Source of the DNA: a virus | Taxonomy: Duplodnaviria > Caudoviricetes | Direction: 5' to 3' (one strand) | Length of the DNA: 57,479 nucleotides | IMG/VR virus record: IMGVR_UViG_3300036790_000341 | Location: 1 to 57,479 of that record | Shown here: piece by piece, positions 35,030 to 43,712 of the stretch | Position numbering within the stretch: the stretch's first letter is position 1 | Layout: the number at the start of each line of letters is the position of its first letter | Translations under genes and position numbers: made by a program | The notes under the pieces: model-generated | The model's database searches: none | Told to the model about the DNA's origin: nothing | The model's input: the letters and a program-made list of their open reading frames with translations, nothing else

Positions 35030-35317
35030 TTACTTGCTCTTCTTGACTGCCTTCGCCGCGCTGGCGGCCGCGGAGGCTCCCTTTCCCTTGCTGGACGGCA
35101 GCCCCGGATAGGCTGCCTTCACGGCCTTGCGGACCTTGGCCTTCTCGACCGGGGTGCCGTTGGCCTCGACCCGGGCCAGCGCGGACACCGCGCGGCCCTT
35201 CGAGTTAAGCGGATAGGCGTCCGCACCGCCCGGGCCACCGCCCGGCAGGGCATACGACCCCTTCGGCGCCTTACTGTTCGGCGCCGGCCGCTTGGCCGCC
35301 TTCTTCGCTGCTGCCAC
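35030..35317 (-). CDS. Small basic Lys/Ala-rich protein
   Basis: GGAGGTGGAG RBS; YALP...YPL....RAVSALAR. Confidence 0.7.
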   Translation of the reverse strand: MAAAKKAAKRPAPNSKAPKGSYALPGGGPGGADAYPLNSKGRAVSALARVEANGTPVEKAKVRKAVKAAYPGLPSSKGKGASAAASAAKAVKKSK

Positions 35318-35525
35318 TGCTCTCCACCTCCTGCGACAAGGCCGACGCGCCCGCCTGCATGGCGACCGCGACCGACGGAATCTCAACCGACGCCGGAACC
35401 TCCTGCAAACCCGACGGCACCAGGGTCGCGACCACACCCATCCGGGTCAGGTCCACCAACCCCTCGTCGTCCACCGACACCACTCTGCCCGGCTGCATCG
35501 TGGTCGTGATCAGATGCTGCGTCAT
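35271..35525 (-). CDS. Hypothetical protein
   Basis: ATGA overlap; TTMQP...V.VDD...DL.RMG. Confidence 0.6.
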   Translation of the reverse strand: MTQHLITTTMQPGRVVSVDDEGLVDLTRMGVVATLVPSGLQEVPASVEIPSVAVAMQAGASALSQEVESSGSSEEGGQAAGAEQ

Positions 35526-35749
35526 AGCTGGAAGTCCTCTCGCCGCAACGGCCACTCGATGTGCCCCAGATCCGGATGCTGCCTGACCGGCAGCGTGTCG
35601 TACTGCGCCAACATCGCGCCGGGCTCCACCACGCGCACACCGGGGAACAGGAACTCCAGCTCGGCCCGGTCCTCGTGCACCAGGACCTTCCCCTGGTACG
35701 ACAGCAGCTGCCTGCTGTTCGGGCCCTCCATCGCGAAACGCCTGCTCAT
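35522..35749 (-). CDS. Hypothetical protein
   Basis: ATGA overlaps; VLVH..RAELEFL. Confidence 0.65.
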   Translation of the reverse strand: MSRRFAMEGPNSRQLLSYQGKVLVHEDRAELEFLFPGVRVVEPGAMLAQYDTLPVRQHPDLGHIEWPLRREDFQL

Positions 35750-36216
35750 GACGGCAGCTCCAGCCAGTACAGTTGAAGATCGAACTGGTAGACGGCCCAG
35801 TACGCCTTATCGCCGTACAGGCGCCGCGGCTCACCCAGCGGATGCGCCTGCTGCACCCGCGCCGTCGGATACCCCGACGGCAGCGTCAACACCGCATTGA
35901 AGCTCGACAGCTGGTAGCACGCCGCGACGATCTGCTCGGCCAGGCCGTTCGCGATGTTCCACTGCGGCTTACGGCTCGAGGAGTCGATCGGGAACCCGTA
36001 CGTGGTGATCTGCACCGCCGGCTTGCGCTCCGGAACGTACATGTCCGGGGTGCCGCCGACCGTCTTGTACGTCACGAACCCGGACGTGACCAGAGCCGTG
36101 TTCTGCTCGGCCTTCTCCGGCACCTGCGTCGCCACGATCCCGGCGTTCAACCCGGGCAGCGCGGAGAGCCACAGGCCGGCCACGAGCTCCGTGTTGGCCC
36201 GATACGTGGAAGGCAC
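35746..36216 (-). CDS. Tail terminator-like protein
   Basis: Size and position after gp10-like gene; VGG.P......P.VQI, Y.FDL.L.W. Confidence 0.65.
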   Translation of the reverse strand: MPSTYRANTELVAGLWLSALPGLNAGIVATQVPEKAEQNTALVTSGFVTYKTVGGTPDMYVPERKPAVQITTYGFPIDSSSRKPQWNIANGLAEQIVAACYQLSSFNAVLTLPSGYPTARVQQAHPLGEPRRLYGDKAYWAVYQFDLQLYWLELPS

Positions 36217-36501
36217 CTACCTCACCCCCGGGCCCGCATGCGCGTGGACGTCCGCGATATGCCCGGCCGTGATCCGGTCCGGGACCGCCGGATGGTGCTT
36301 GCGGCACACCCGGTACTCGCCGACCGGATGCCGCCCGAGGCGCCAGCAGCGGTCCACGTGACAGGTCTTGCCGCGGTAGTGCGCGACCAGCGCGCCGAAC
36401 AGGCCCAGCTCCGTGATGTCGGAGCCCACCCCGGACCAGAAGCCGTAGAAGGGACCGGAGAGGTTGTCGGTGCCGAAGAAGTGCGCCAGCCAGTGCATCA
36501 C
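36217..36501 (-). CDS. Small membrane protein with Cys/His tail
   Basis: YGFWSGVGSD, CHVDRCWRLGRH..VCRKHHP. Confidence 0.7.
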   Translation of the reverse strand: MMHWLAHFFGTDNLSGPFYGFWSGVGSDITELGLFGALVAHYRGKTCHVDRCWRLGRHPVGEYRVCRKHHPAVPDRITAGHIADVHAHAGPGVR

Positions 36502-36866
36502 GACTCCCCCAGATCCCTCGTCCGATAAAGCGCCGGCCGTAGGAACGGCTGCTCCGGGCTGTTGCCGTGCCGCATGTGCCCCCGCACCGGACGGCCCTGC
36601 CGCATGTGCGGACGCACGTACTCCAGGCCGTGGAACCCGAGCTCCACAGCAGCGCAGTACGGCAGGTGCGAGATGATCCGGGCTTGCCCCGGCGCAGAGT
36701 TGATCACGGTCAGGGAGGCCTTAAGCTCGCCCGTGTCCACAGGGCAGATCGCCTGAGCGTCCTTCTGGACCTCAGCCATCGCCTTAACGATCATCGTGTT
36801 GACCGTAGGCGCGAGCCGGTCGTACCAGCTCTCATCGATCTTCAACTCGGTGGCCACCTGCCGCAC
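36498..36866 (-). CDS. HK97 gp10-like tail completion protein
   Basis: CPVDTGELKAS, Y.AAVE.G, QPFLRPAL. Confidence 0.85.
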   Translation of the reverse strand: MRQVATELKIDESWYDRLAPTVNTMIVKAMAEVQKDAQAICPVDTGELKASLTVINSAPGQARIISHLPYCAAVELGFHGLEYVRPHMRQGRPVRGHMRHGNSPEQPFLRPALYRTRDLGES

Positions 36867-36983
36867 CCTTCTCTACGTCGGGCTCCCGCACCGCCCCGGC
36901 CCGGTCTACCCAGGCCACAGGGGCGATACGACGGTGCGTGTTCTGTTGTACCGCGACGCGCAGGCGGCACGCGTGACGCGTGT

Positions 36984-37421
36984 TTACCAGGGGTTCCAGT
37001 TCGTGCCGTTCGACACCAGCCGGAGCGACCCGTACGCCGAGTTCATGAACGCATACGCCGCAGCCGACGTCGAAGCCGTCGCCGCAGCCACGCCACCGAT
37101 CTTCCCGCCGCCCGTCGGAGTCTGCACCGACACCGTCGCCGAACCCGACACCGAACCCGCCGCATCGTGGATCAGCAGCACGTGACCCGGCGTCACACCG
37201 CTCGCAGCCGCGATCGTCAGCACCGTCGCCACACCGACCGCGCCGATCTCCACATTCGACGCCGACGCCGGGATCGTCGCCGCCGAAGAAGCCACCGAGA
37301 ACGGAGCCAGAGCCAGACCGAACTGCTCGACCACCTCACCGGCAGCCGAAAAGTACTCCAGGACGTTCGCGTTGACGTCCTTCTGCTCGCCGACGTCGCC
37401 CGCCGCACCAGCCTGAGGCAT
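36984..37421 (-). CDS. Putative virion structural protein
   Basis: Ala/Ser/Gly-rich; YGSLRLVSNGTNW end resembles fibre modules. Confidence 0.6.
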   Translation of the reverse strand: MPQAGAAGDVGEQKDVNANVLEYFSAAGEVVEQFGLALAPFSVASSAATIPASASNVEIGAVGVATVLTIAAASGVTPGHVLLIHDAAGSVSGSATVSVQTPTGGGKIGGVAAATASTSAAAYAFMNSAYGSLRLVSNGTNWNPW

Positions 37422-37472
37422 TTCGATTCCCAATCTGTTGATCGTGGACAGGTCAGGCGCAGAACAGTCGGG

Positions 37473-37697
37473 CTACTTGCTGTCGACCTTGAAACGGTTG
37501 CCCTGCGCATCGACGAACGGACCCTGCGGGTGCGCCACCTTCGTCGGCTGATGGCCAGCCTCCTGCGCACCCCCGATCGCGCCGCTCCCCTTCAGCAGCT
37601 GACCCTTCTGGCCCGGCGCCACACCGTTGCTCGCGTTGCGCGCAGGCATCGCGGCGCTCGCCGCATCGCGGGTTCCCAGGTCGGGAATGCTGGCCAT
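37473..37697 (-). CDS. Hypothetical protein
   Basis: GGAG RBS. Confidence 0.6.
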   Translation of the reverse strand: MASIPDLGTRDAASAAMPARNASNGVAPGQKGQLLKGSGAIGGAQEAGHQPTKVAHPQGPFVDAQGNRFKVDSK

Positions 37698-37751
37698 GAG
37701 TGACTCCGTCCCAAGAAAACACGCAATTAACGTACAAATCTAGACGTGTCC

Positions 37752-37781
37752 AGTATATCCCCCCCAACCCACACCTGTCAG
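37752..37781 (-). promoter_or_regulatory. Putative internal promoter
   Basis: CTGACA-N18-TATACT. Confidence 0.55.
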
Positions 37782-38107
37782 TTGACGTACGTCAAGTCCA
37801 ACCGCAAGTCAGGCGTATGCACCGGCGACCCCAACACCGACACCGCCGCAATCGAATACTTCCTCCCCGTCTGCTCATCCAAGATCCGATCCGTGTCCAG
37901 CACATCCGTCCCCGCCGGCAACCGACACGTCGTATACCGGTACACGCGCATGTCCTGCGCCACCGCATCCACCCCGGTCCGAGACCGCTCCATCACCGAC
38001 GCCGGAATCCCCGTATACACCGCCGTATCCGCATCCACCGTGTCCCCGGCCGGCGTCACCGTCGTGCCGCGCAGGATACTCACCGTCGTCGTCGGAAAAG
38101 CCATCAC
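37778..38107 (-). CDS. Head-closure/head-tail joining protein
   Basis: TTVSILRG...GD, GTDV...DRI.D..TG..Y.I; size and position. Confidence 0.7.
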   Translation of the reverse strand: MMAFPTTTVSILRGTTVTPAGDTVDADTAVYTGIPASVMERSRTGVDAVAQDMRVYRYTTCRLPAGTDVLDTDRILDEQTGRKYSIAAVSVLGSPVHTPDLRLDLTYVN

Positions 38108-38514
38108 GCCGAATCACCACCGATCTGGAACGAATGCGTCTCCATCCACGGCCCGTTCGCACTCGGCACATGACCCACCCACGCCAACACCCGGCCCTTG
38201 TGCATGCGCTCCCGGGCGATATACCGGTGATGCCCATCGATGATCACATACTGCGGGCTGCCACCCACCTGCACCGCCACAATCGGCTCAGCCGACCCGT
38301 CCTGCCACTTCTGAACCTCACGATCCACATTCTGCGGCTGACTCGCCGCCGCCCACGACGACTGGCCAGCCGTATCGAACCGATCCAGACCCACCTTCCG
38401 CACCGGCTCCCACACCGCCGACCTCACCCAGCCGATCGCCGACGCCGGAAACCGCTTCACCAACTGCGCATACACCTGCTGACGCGCAGCCAAAGCACCA
38501 GCCGACTTGGACAT
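38104..38514 (-). CDS. ParB/Srx-like domain protein
   Basis: EPIVAV...YVIIDGHHRY.A. Confidence 0.75.
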   Translation of the reverse strand: MSKSAGALAARQQVYAQLVKRFPASAIGWVRSAVWEPVRKVGLDRFDTAGQSSWAAASQPQNVDREVQKWQDGSAEPIVAVQVGGSPQYVIIDGHHRYIARERMHKGRVLAWVGHVPSANGPWMETHSFQIGGDSA

Positions 38515-38515
38515 G

Positions 38516-38755
38516 TCAGACAGCCGCCGGAGCAGCATACGGATAGACCAGGGCAGCGGCCGCCGCGTCGATGGTCTGATAGACCCGACTGACCGAGGAC
38601 CAAGGCAGCAACACCCGATCCGTCCCCGTCCGCACCAGGAAGACACCGTAATCAGTGAACTCGATCTCATCGGTGTCGTAAGTACCGGACGAAGTGTCGA
38701 CCACGGTGATCGTGTTACCCGCCTGGTCGAACGGATACTGCTCGATCGTGCTCAT
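38516..38755 (-). CDS. Hypothetical protein
   Basis: GGAG RBS; TGATATG junction. Confidence 0.6.
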   Translation of the reverse strand: MSTIEQYPFDQAGNTITVVDTSSGTYDTDEIEFTDYGVFLVRTGTDRVLLPWSSVSRVYQTIDAAAAALVYPYAAPAAV

Positions 38756-38756
38756 A

Positions 38757-39452
38757 TCAACTCCAGAGATCGGGGTGCTTGCGCGCCAGCAACTGCACAG
38801 TCTCGCCGTGACGCTCCATGCGACGGCTCTCCTCATGCAACTGGCCCTCACGCATACGGTAGAAGTACACCGGCTCCTCAACCACCTCATACCGGCCCAG
38901 CCCCAGCTTGAACAGCGACACCCAGAAATCCCAATCCTCCGCCGACCCGAAGGTGCCCGGCAGGCTCGTATCCGTGCTGTACCCGCCGACCGCCTGCCAC
39001 ACCTCCGACCGGATCAACGCCATGTTCACCATCGGCGGCCACTCCCGGAAGTCCCCCAGCACGGCGCCCCGCTTGGACACCTGCACCGTGTTCAGACCAC
39101 CCACCTGCTGCGCGTACACCACGCAGAACGACAGGCCCGGATCAGCCTCCAGCCGAGCCACACACCGCTCGATGCAGTCCTCACGCAGCCAGTCATCGCT
39201 GTTCGCCACGAACACGGCGTCACAACCATCCCCGATAGCAGCAGTGGCGCAGTCGTTCAACGTCAACGGCCAACCCATGCGCGCGGCATGAGACGCCGCC
39301 AGACGCGCACCCGCCAGCTCCGCCGTGCGGTCCGTAGACGCGTCATCCACCACATACCCCAGGGCCGGATAGGTCTGGCGCGCGACCGAGCCCAACATCT
39401 CACCCAGATACGGCTCGACGTTGTAGGCGGGCAGCAGAACCCCGACTCTCAC
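38757..39452 (-). CDS. GT2 glycosyltransferase
   Basis: LPAYNVEPYL...L.SV..QTY, VVDDASTD.T, NSDD, VGGY, EDWDFW, FYR. Confidence 0.9.
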   Translation of the reverse strand: MRVGVLLPAYNVEPYLGEMLGSVARQTYPALGYVVDDASTDRTAELAGARLAASHAARMGWPLTLNDCATAAIGDGCDAVFVANSDDWLREDCIERCVARLEADPGLSFCVVYAQQVGGLNTVQVSKRGAVLGDFREWPPMVNMALIRSEVWQAVGGYSTDTSLPGTFGSAEDWDFWVSLFKLGLGRYEVVEEPVYFYRMREGQLHEESRRMERHGETVQLLARKHPDLWS

Positions 39453-39508
39453 CTCGCCACCACCAGGCGGCTTGCATGGGTCATCCCTAGTCCGATACAG
39501 TCACGCCT

Positions 39509-40084
39509 ATGGATGATATTTGCAAGGAAGTCGGCTGCGGACGCCCGGTCGCCTCGCGGATGCTGTGCAACACGCACTACCACGCATGGCGCCGCGCCGC
39601 CCAGAGGAACGGCACCTTCGACAACCAGAAGCCGCGCAACCTGGCGGAACGCTTCTGGAAGTACGTGGACAAGTCGGGCGAGCACTGGATGTGGACCGGC
39701 CCGGTGAACAACGCAGGCTACGGACGGCTCGTCACCCAGACCGGCAGCAAGACCTCGCGCACCGCGGTCATGGCGCACCGGCTCTCGTACGAGCTCCACC
39801 ACGGGCCGATCCCGGAAGGCCACAAGGTCCTGCACCGCTGCGACATCCGCCTGTGCGTGAACCCCGACTGCCTGTTCACCGGCACCACCAAGGACAACGC
39901 CCAGGACATGTCCGCCAAGAGGCGCAACCACATCCCGACCAGGTTCAACACCGAAGAGGTCAGGGACATCAGGCAGGCGCGCGCCAGCGGCGTTCCCGTC
40001 GCGGATCTCGCGGCGTTCCACAGCGTCTCCCTTCCTCTGATCTACAAGGTGCTCTACAAGACCCAGCCCTACGACTTCGATTAG
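39509..40084 (+). CDS. HNH endonuclease with C-terminal HTH, antisense to structural genes
   Basis: RFWKYVDK...WMWTG...GYG, AHRLSYEL, VLHRCD...CVNP..L..GT.KDN..DM. Confidence 0.9.
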   Translation: MDDICKEVGCGRPVASRMLCNTHYHAWRRAAQRNGTFDNQKPRNLAERFWKYVDKSGEHWMWTGPVNNAGYGRLVTQTGSKTSRTAVMAHRLSYELHHGPIPEGHKVLHRCDIRLCVNPDCLFTGTTKDNAQDMSAKRRNHIPTRFNTEEVRDIRQARASGVPVADLAAFHSVSLPLIYKVLYKTQPYDFD

Positions 40085-40917
40085 GGAACGGAGGAACCGC
40101 GGTACCCGTAGTTGTACGTGTCCACCCAACGCTCGTACAAATCATTACTCTCACTGTCCGGGTCCGAAGACAACGGCGTCTGGTCGTCGATGAACGGTGT
40201 GCGAACACGTAGGCTGCGACTCTTCTGCCAGGACAGTTGTTTCAGCGTCCGGAGTGCGAGTGGTGCGAGCATGACGCTGCGGGGGTCGGTGATGTGGGTG
40301 GAGAGGCCGTCTTGGGAGAGTTGGTCGACGTCGTTGCGGTAGAGCAGTCCGGGTTGTTGGGTCATCCAGGCGGCTTGGTAGGCGATGCCGTAGCGGAGCC
40401 ACATGAGGTCGAAGGGCTGCATGTTGAAGCCGGATGATTCGGGGGTGTAGTTGCTGTACATGTTGAGGATTTGCTGGGCGTTCATGATTTGCTGGGTGGT
40501 GAGTGTGAGGCCGGTGACGCTGTTGACCCAGGTGACGGGGTTGACGGCGAGGACGTTGCCTTGGGGTGCGAGGAGGTCTTCGTTGAGGGTGATGTCGCAC
40601 CAGGTGAGGAAGGTGCTGGTGCCGTAGGGGAGTACGGTGACGACTTCGCTGGTTTGGACGGCGGAGGATGCGTAGGTGGCGTTCCAGATGGCGATGTAGT
40701 CGCCGGGGGCTTGGCTGGTGGAGACGGCCCATTGGAAGCTGTAGAGGCCGGTGGCTTGGTGGATGATGCCGGCGGAGGTGGGGCCGAGGACGTTGGAGCC
40801 GTCGGTGGCGCCGTTGACGGTGAGTGTGAGGCCGGTGACGTCTGCGGCGGGGCCGTTGGGGTATTCGTACCACTGGGAGAGGAGGTCGGCGGTCTGTCCT
40901 TGGTTGACGTCGGTCAT
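40081..40917 (-). CDS. Putative head-tail connector with extra N-terminal beta domain
   Basis: AAAGGAGG RBS; AYQAAWM, SQDGLS, LAPLA...LK.LSW. Confidence 0.6.
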   Translation of the reverse strand: MTDVNQGQTADLLSQWYEYPNGPAADVTGLTLTVNGATDGSNVLGPTSAGIIHQATGLYSFQWAVSTSQAPGDYIAIWNATYASSAVQTSEVVTVLPYGTSTFLTWCDITLNEDLLAPQGNVLAVNPVTWVNSVTGLTLTTQQIMNAQQILNMYSNYTPESSGFNMQPFDLMWLRYGIAYQAAWMTQQPGLLYRNDVDQLSQDGLSTHITDPRSVMLAPLALRTLKQLSWQKSRSLRVRTPFIDDQTPLSSDPDSESNDLYERWVDTYNYGYRGSSVP

Positions 40918-40930
40918 CTGCGTCCTCCTT

Positions 40931-42922
40931 TCAGTCCAGGTCCCAGGTCGCGGTGGGCGCGACCGAGCAGTTGATTTTGAGCCATTGGTAGGGCTGCAGC
41001 CTGACGGGGAAGGGTGCGGCCAGGGTGCCGGCGGCGGTGAAGTCGGCGATGGTGGACAGTGCGGGGACTGACTGGCCGCCCATGAGCTGGGATTTCTGGA
41101 TGGTGGTGACGCCGGAGCCGCCGAGCAGGTATACGTTGGCGGGGCGCCCGGTGGTGTTGTACATCGCCGTGTTGGCCGTGATGGCTGGCGGTGAGGCGTC
41201 GATGCCGGGGAGGGGCTGTTCGCGGATGAACTTGATGCCGGTGGGGAAGGTGAGTGTGATGTCGCTGGATGATCCGGCGACGCGGATTTCGCCGACGGCG
41301 GAGCCGAGGCCGGTGCCGTCGTTGGGGGCGTCGCGGCCCTGGATGGCGCCTTCGGTGTCCAGGATGCCGTGCAGTGTCGGTCCGATGCCGGATTCGCCGG
41401 GGCCGAACACGATGATGTGGTAGGAACAGCCTTCCACGGCGAGTTGCCCGAAGTTGATCGCGTGGAGGCAGCCTGCTCCGGAGCCGCCGTCGCCGTAGCT
41501 GCCGACCGGGCAGAAGCCGCCCCAGCAGTACAGCACTGTGTCGCCTTGGCCGACGGTGTGTTCGGTCCAGAGGGGTCCGTAGGTGAAGCCGCCGTTCCAG
41601 ACGCAGTCGCGGATGCGGTTGGAGGCGTTGTTGCCTGCGGCGGGCATGAGGCCGCCGATGGAGATGCCGCCGGAGAGGGTGTCGACGTTGGAGAAGTCGC
41701 CGAGGCCGGGGTTGTTCTTGTAGTACTGGACGACGCCGTTGGTGCCGAAGGAGCAGCGGTCGAGGTGGGCGCGGGCCATGCCGTGGAAGTTGAAGGGGCA
41801 GTAGGTCCAGCCGGATGCGCTGTGCGTGTTCATGATCACCATGTCGCGTAGGCACACGGTGAAGTTGTTGAACACGGGGTCGGTCAGGGAGGTGCCGTAG
41901 CCGTTTTTGCCGGTGGGTCCGCCGAGGCAGCTGGGGTTGCCGCTGCCGGTGACGGAGTCGGCCTGGGGGCTGGAGCCGGAGAATACGCCGCAGCTGAACC
42001 ATGTGGAGGAGCCGAGGATGGGGTAGTCCTGGTCCCAGTAGCGGGTGTTGCCGGCGTCGTCTGCTCCGGAGAAGATGAGGGCGCGGCCGGCGTTGCGTCC
42101 GCTGTTGAGGCCGATGGTGAGCTGGCTATTGTAGATCGCGTTGACGCCGTCGGTGGTCTTGAGGGGTCCGGCGATCATGTAGCCGCAGCCGTTGGGCGCG
42201 GCCGGGGTGACGATCTCGGCGGCGATGCCGAACGGGGAGTCGTATGCCACGGCGGCGTTGAGCGCGGCCTGGATCGCCACGGTGTCGTCGGTGCCCCACA
42301 GGCCTTGCAGGCCGCTGGCCGAGGTGGTGGCTGAGGCGTTGAGGGTGATCTGGGTGGCGCTCTGCCAGCTGGCGATCGTGCTCACCAGAGTGGTCTGGCC
42401 GCTGGACAGGGCTCCCTTGACGGCGATGGGCTGGCCGATCATGGCGGAGGTGAACTGGGCCGAGTTGGAGGTGAACACCGCGGAGCCGGAGGTCATCTGG
42501 CCGTCGATGACGCACTGCAGGCTGCCGGTGGCGCCGTACTCGGTGATCAGGAAGCGCCATGGCTGGTCGGGGTGGGTGTGTCCCAGGTCGGCCACGGTGC
42601 CGGTCGCGCCCAGGGCCGGGACGCCGGTGGGCTGTAGGGACAGTGAGGATGCGCCGAGCAGGACGACGCCGGTAGCGGAGGTGGTGGCGGCCTGCTTGAT
42701 GTTGGCGAACGACGACGGGGCGGAGGCGACGTCTGAGAGGTTGTGGGCGGCGAGGAGGGCGCCGCTGGTGCTGCCGCCGGAGTTGTTCAGGACGAACTCT
42801 CGGGTGGCGGCTTCCATGGCGGCGACCGGGTCCTCTGCGAGGAGCAGGGGCCCGGCCATGGTGTCGCCTGCTTTGGCGACCCGGGTCAGGTCGCCGTTGG
42901 ACCCGTAGCCGGTCGCCGTCAT
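40931..42922 (-). CDS. Fibre/spike protein with pectin-lyase-like beta-helix
   Basis: KAGDTMAG.L, AATREFV, HNLSDV, ITEYGA, GTDDTVAIQAALNAA; Gly/Asn/Ser-rich. Confidence 0.7.
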   Translation of the reverse strand: MTATGYGSNGDLTRVAKAGDTMAGPLLLAEDPVAAMEAATREFVLNNSGGSTSGALLAAHNLSDVASAPSSFANIKQAATTSATGVVLLGASSLSLQPTGVPALGATGTVADLGHTHPDQPWRFLITEYGATGSLQCVIDGQMTSGSAVFTSNSAQFTSAMIGQPIAVKGALSSGQTTLVSTIASWQSATQITLNASATTSASGLQGLWGTDDTVAIQAALNAAVAYDSPFGIAAEIVTPAAPNGCGYMIAGPLKTTDGVNAIYNSQLTIGLNSGRNAGRALIFSGADDAGNTRYWDQDYPILGSSTWFSCGVFSGSSPQADSVTGSGNPSCLGGPTGKNGYGTSLTDPVFNNFTVCLRDMVIMNTHSASGWTYCPFNFHGMARAHLDRCSFGTNGVVQYYKNNPGLGDFSNVDTLSGGISIGGLMPAAGNNASNRIRDCVWNGGFTYGPLWTEHTVGQGDTVLYCWGGFCPVGSYGDGGSGAGCLHAINFGQLAVEGCSYHIIVFGPGESGIGPTLHGILDTEGAIQGRDAPNDGTGLGSAVGEIRVAGSSSDITLTFPTGIKFIREQPLPGIDASPPAITANTAMYNTTGRPANVYLLGGSGVTTIQKSQLMGGQSVPALSTIADFTAAGTLAAPFPVRLQPYQWLKINCSVAPTATWDLD

Positions 42923-42924
42923 TG

Positions 42925-43611
42925 TCAGGCCGCCGGGTCCGCGGGGGTTGCGGGTGTTGCGGGTGTGGTCTCGGGCGCGGCGGGGGGTGCCTCGACGGCT
43001 GCGGCGACCGGCGCGGGCTCAGCCGGGACCGGAACCGCATCCGCATCCGAGGCCGGCGGCTCCGGCTCGGTGGAGGTCGGCTCCGGCGGGGATGAGTCCG
43101 CCGGTGGCGTAGGGCCCGGGGCCTCTGCGGCGTCCTGCTCCGCGGCTGCGGCCGGTTCCTGCTCGCCGGTGTGCTCGACGAGCTCGTGGACGCCGTCGTC
43201 GGCCGCCACGGCGTTCGGTGCGGCGAGGGCAGCGGCGTACGCCTGGGGGGAGACGAGGGAGCTGGGGGTGACCGTTGTGTGCGGCTCGGTGTCCGAGACC
43301 GCGGGGGTGACCGGGACTTCGTAGGTCAGGTTCGTGTTGCCCGGCGCGGTCGGGTGGGGCTGCTCGTCGACCAGCACGGGTGCGCCCTTGGGGTGCAGGC
43401 CGCGTTGGATCGCTTCCTGCAGCACGGCGACGGCGTTCTGCCAGTGGACCCAGTGGTCTTTCGGCAGTCCGAGCGTGTGGGACCTGTTGTGGACCGTGAA
43501 CACCTTCCGGAACACGCTTCCGGTGCTGTTGTTCTCGGCGGTGCGCTGGTTGACCTCTGATTCCGGGTCGCCGTCGAGCGACGGGAACTGGCCACGGGAG
43601 AAGTCGGGCAT
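42925..43611 (-). CDS. Hypothetical protein with Pro/Ala/Glu-rich tail, after capsid
   Basis: AAGGA RBS before ATG 43611. Confidence 0.7.
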   Translation of the reverse strand: MPDFSRGQFPSLDGDPESEVNQRTAENNSTGSVFRKVFTVHNRSHTLGLPKDHWVHWQNAVAVLQEAIQRGLHPKGAPVLVDEQPHPTAPGNTNLTYEVPVTPAVSDTEPHTTVTPSSLVSPQAYAAALAAPNAVAADDGVHELVEHTGEQEPAAAAEQDAAEAPGPTPPADSSPPEPTSTEPEPPASDADAVPVPAEPAPVAAAVEAPPAAPETTPATPATPADPAA

Positions 43612-43659
43612 GCTGGTTTCCTTACTCGCGACGCAGGTCCCATGCGGGTCCCGGGGGGA

Positions 43660-43690
43660 CGGGCGGCGTTCCGCCTGAAACCGCCGCCCG
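43660..43690 (-). terminator. Hairpin after major capsid gene
   Basis: CGGGCGGCG/CGCCGCCCG inverted repeat. Confidence 0.5.
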
Positions 43691-43712
43691 CCGTCTGAGG
43701 GACCCGTCAGGA

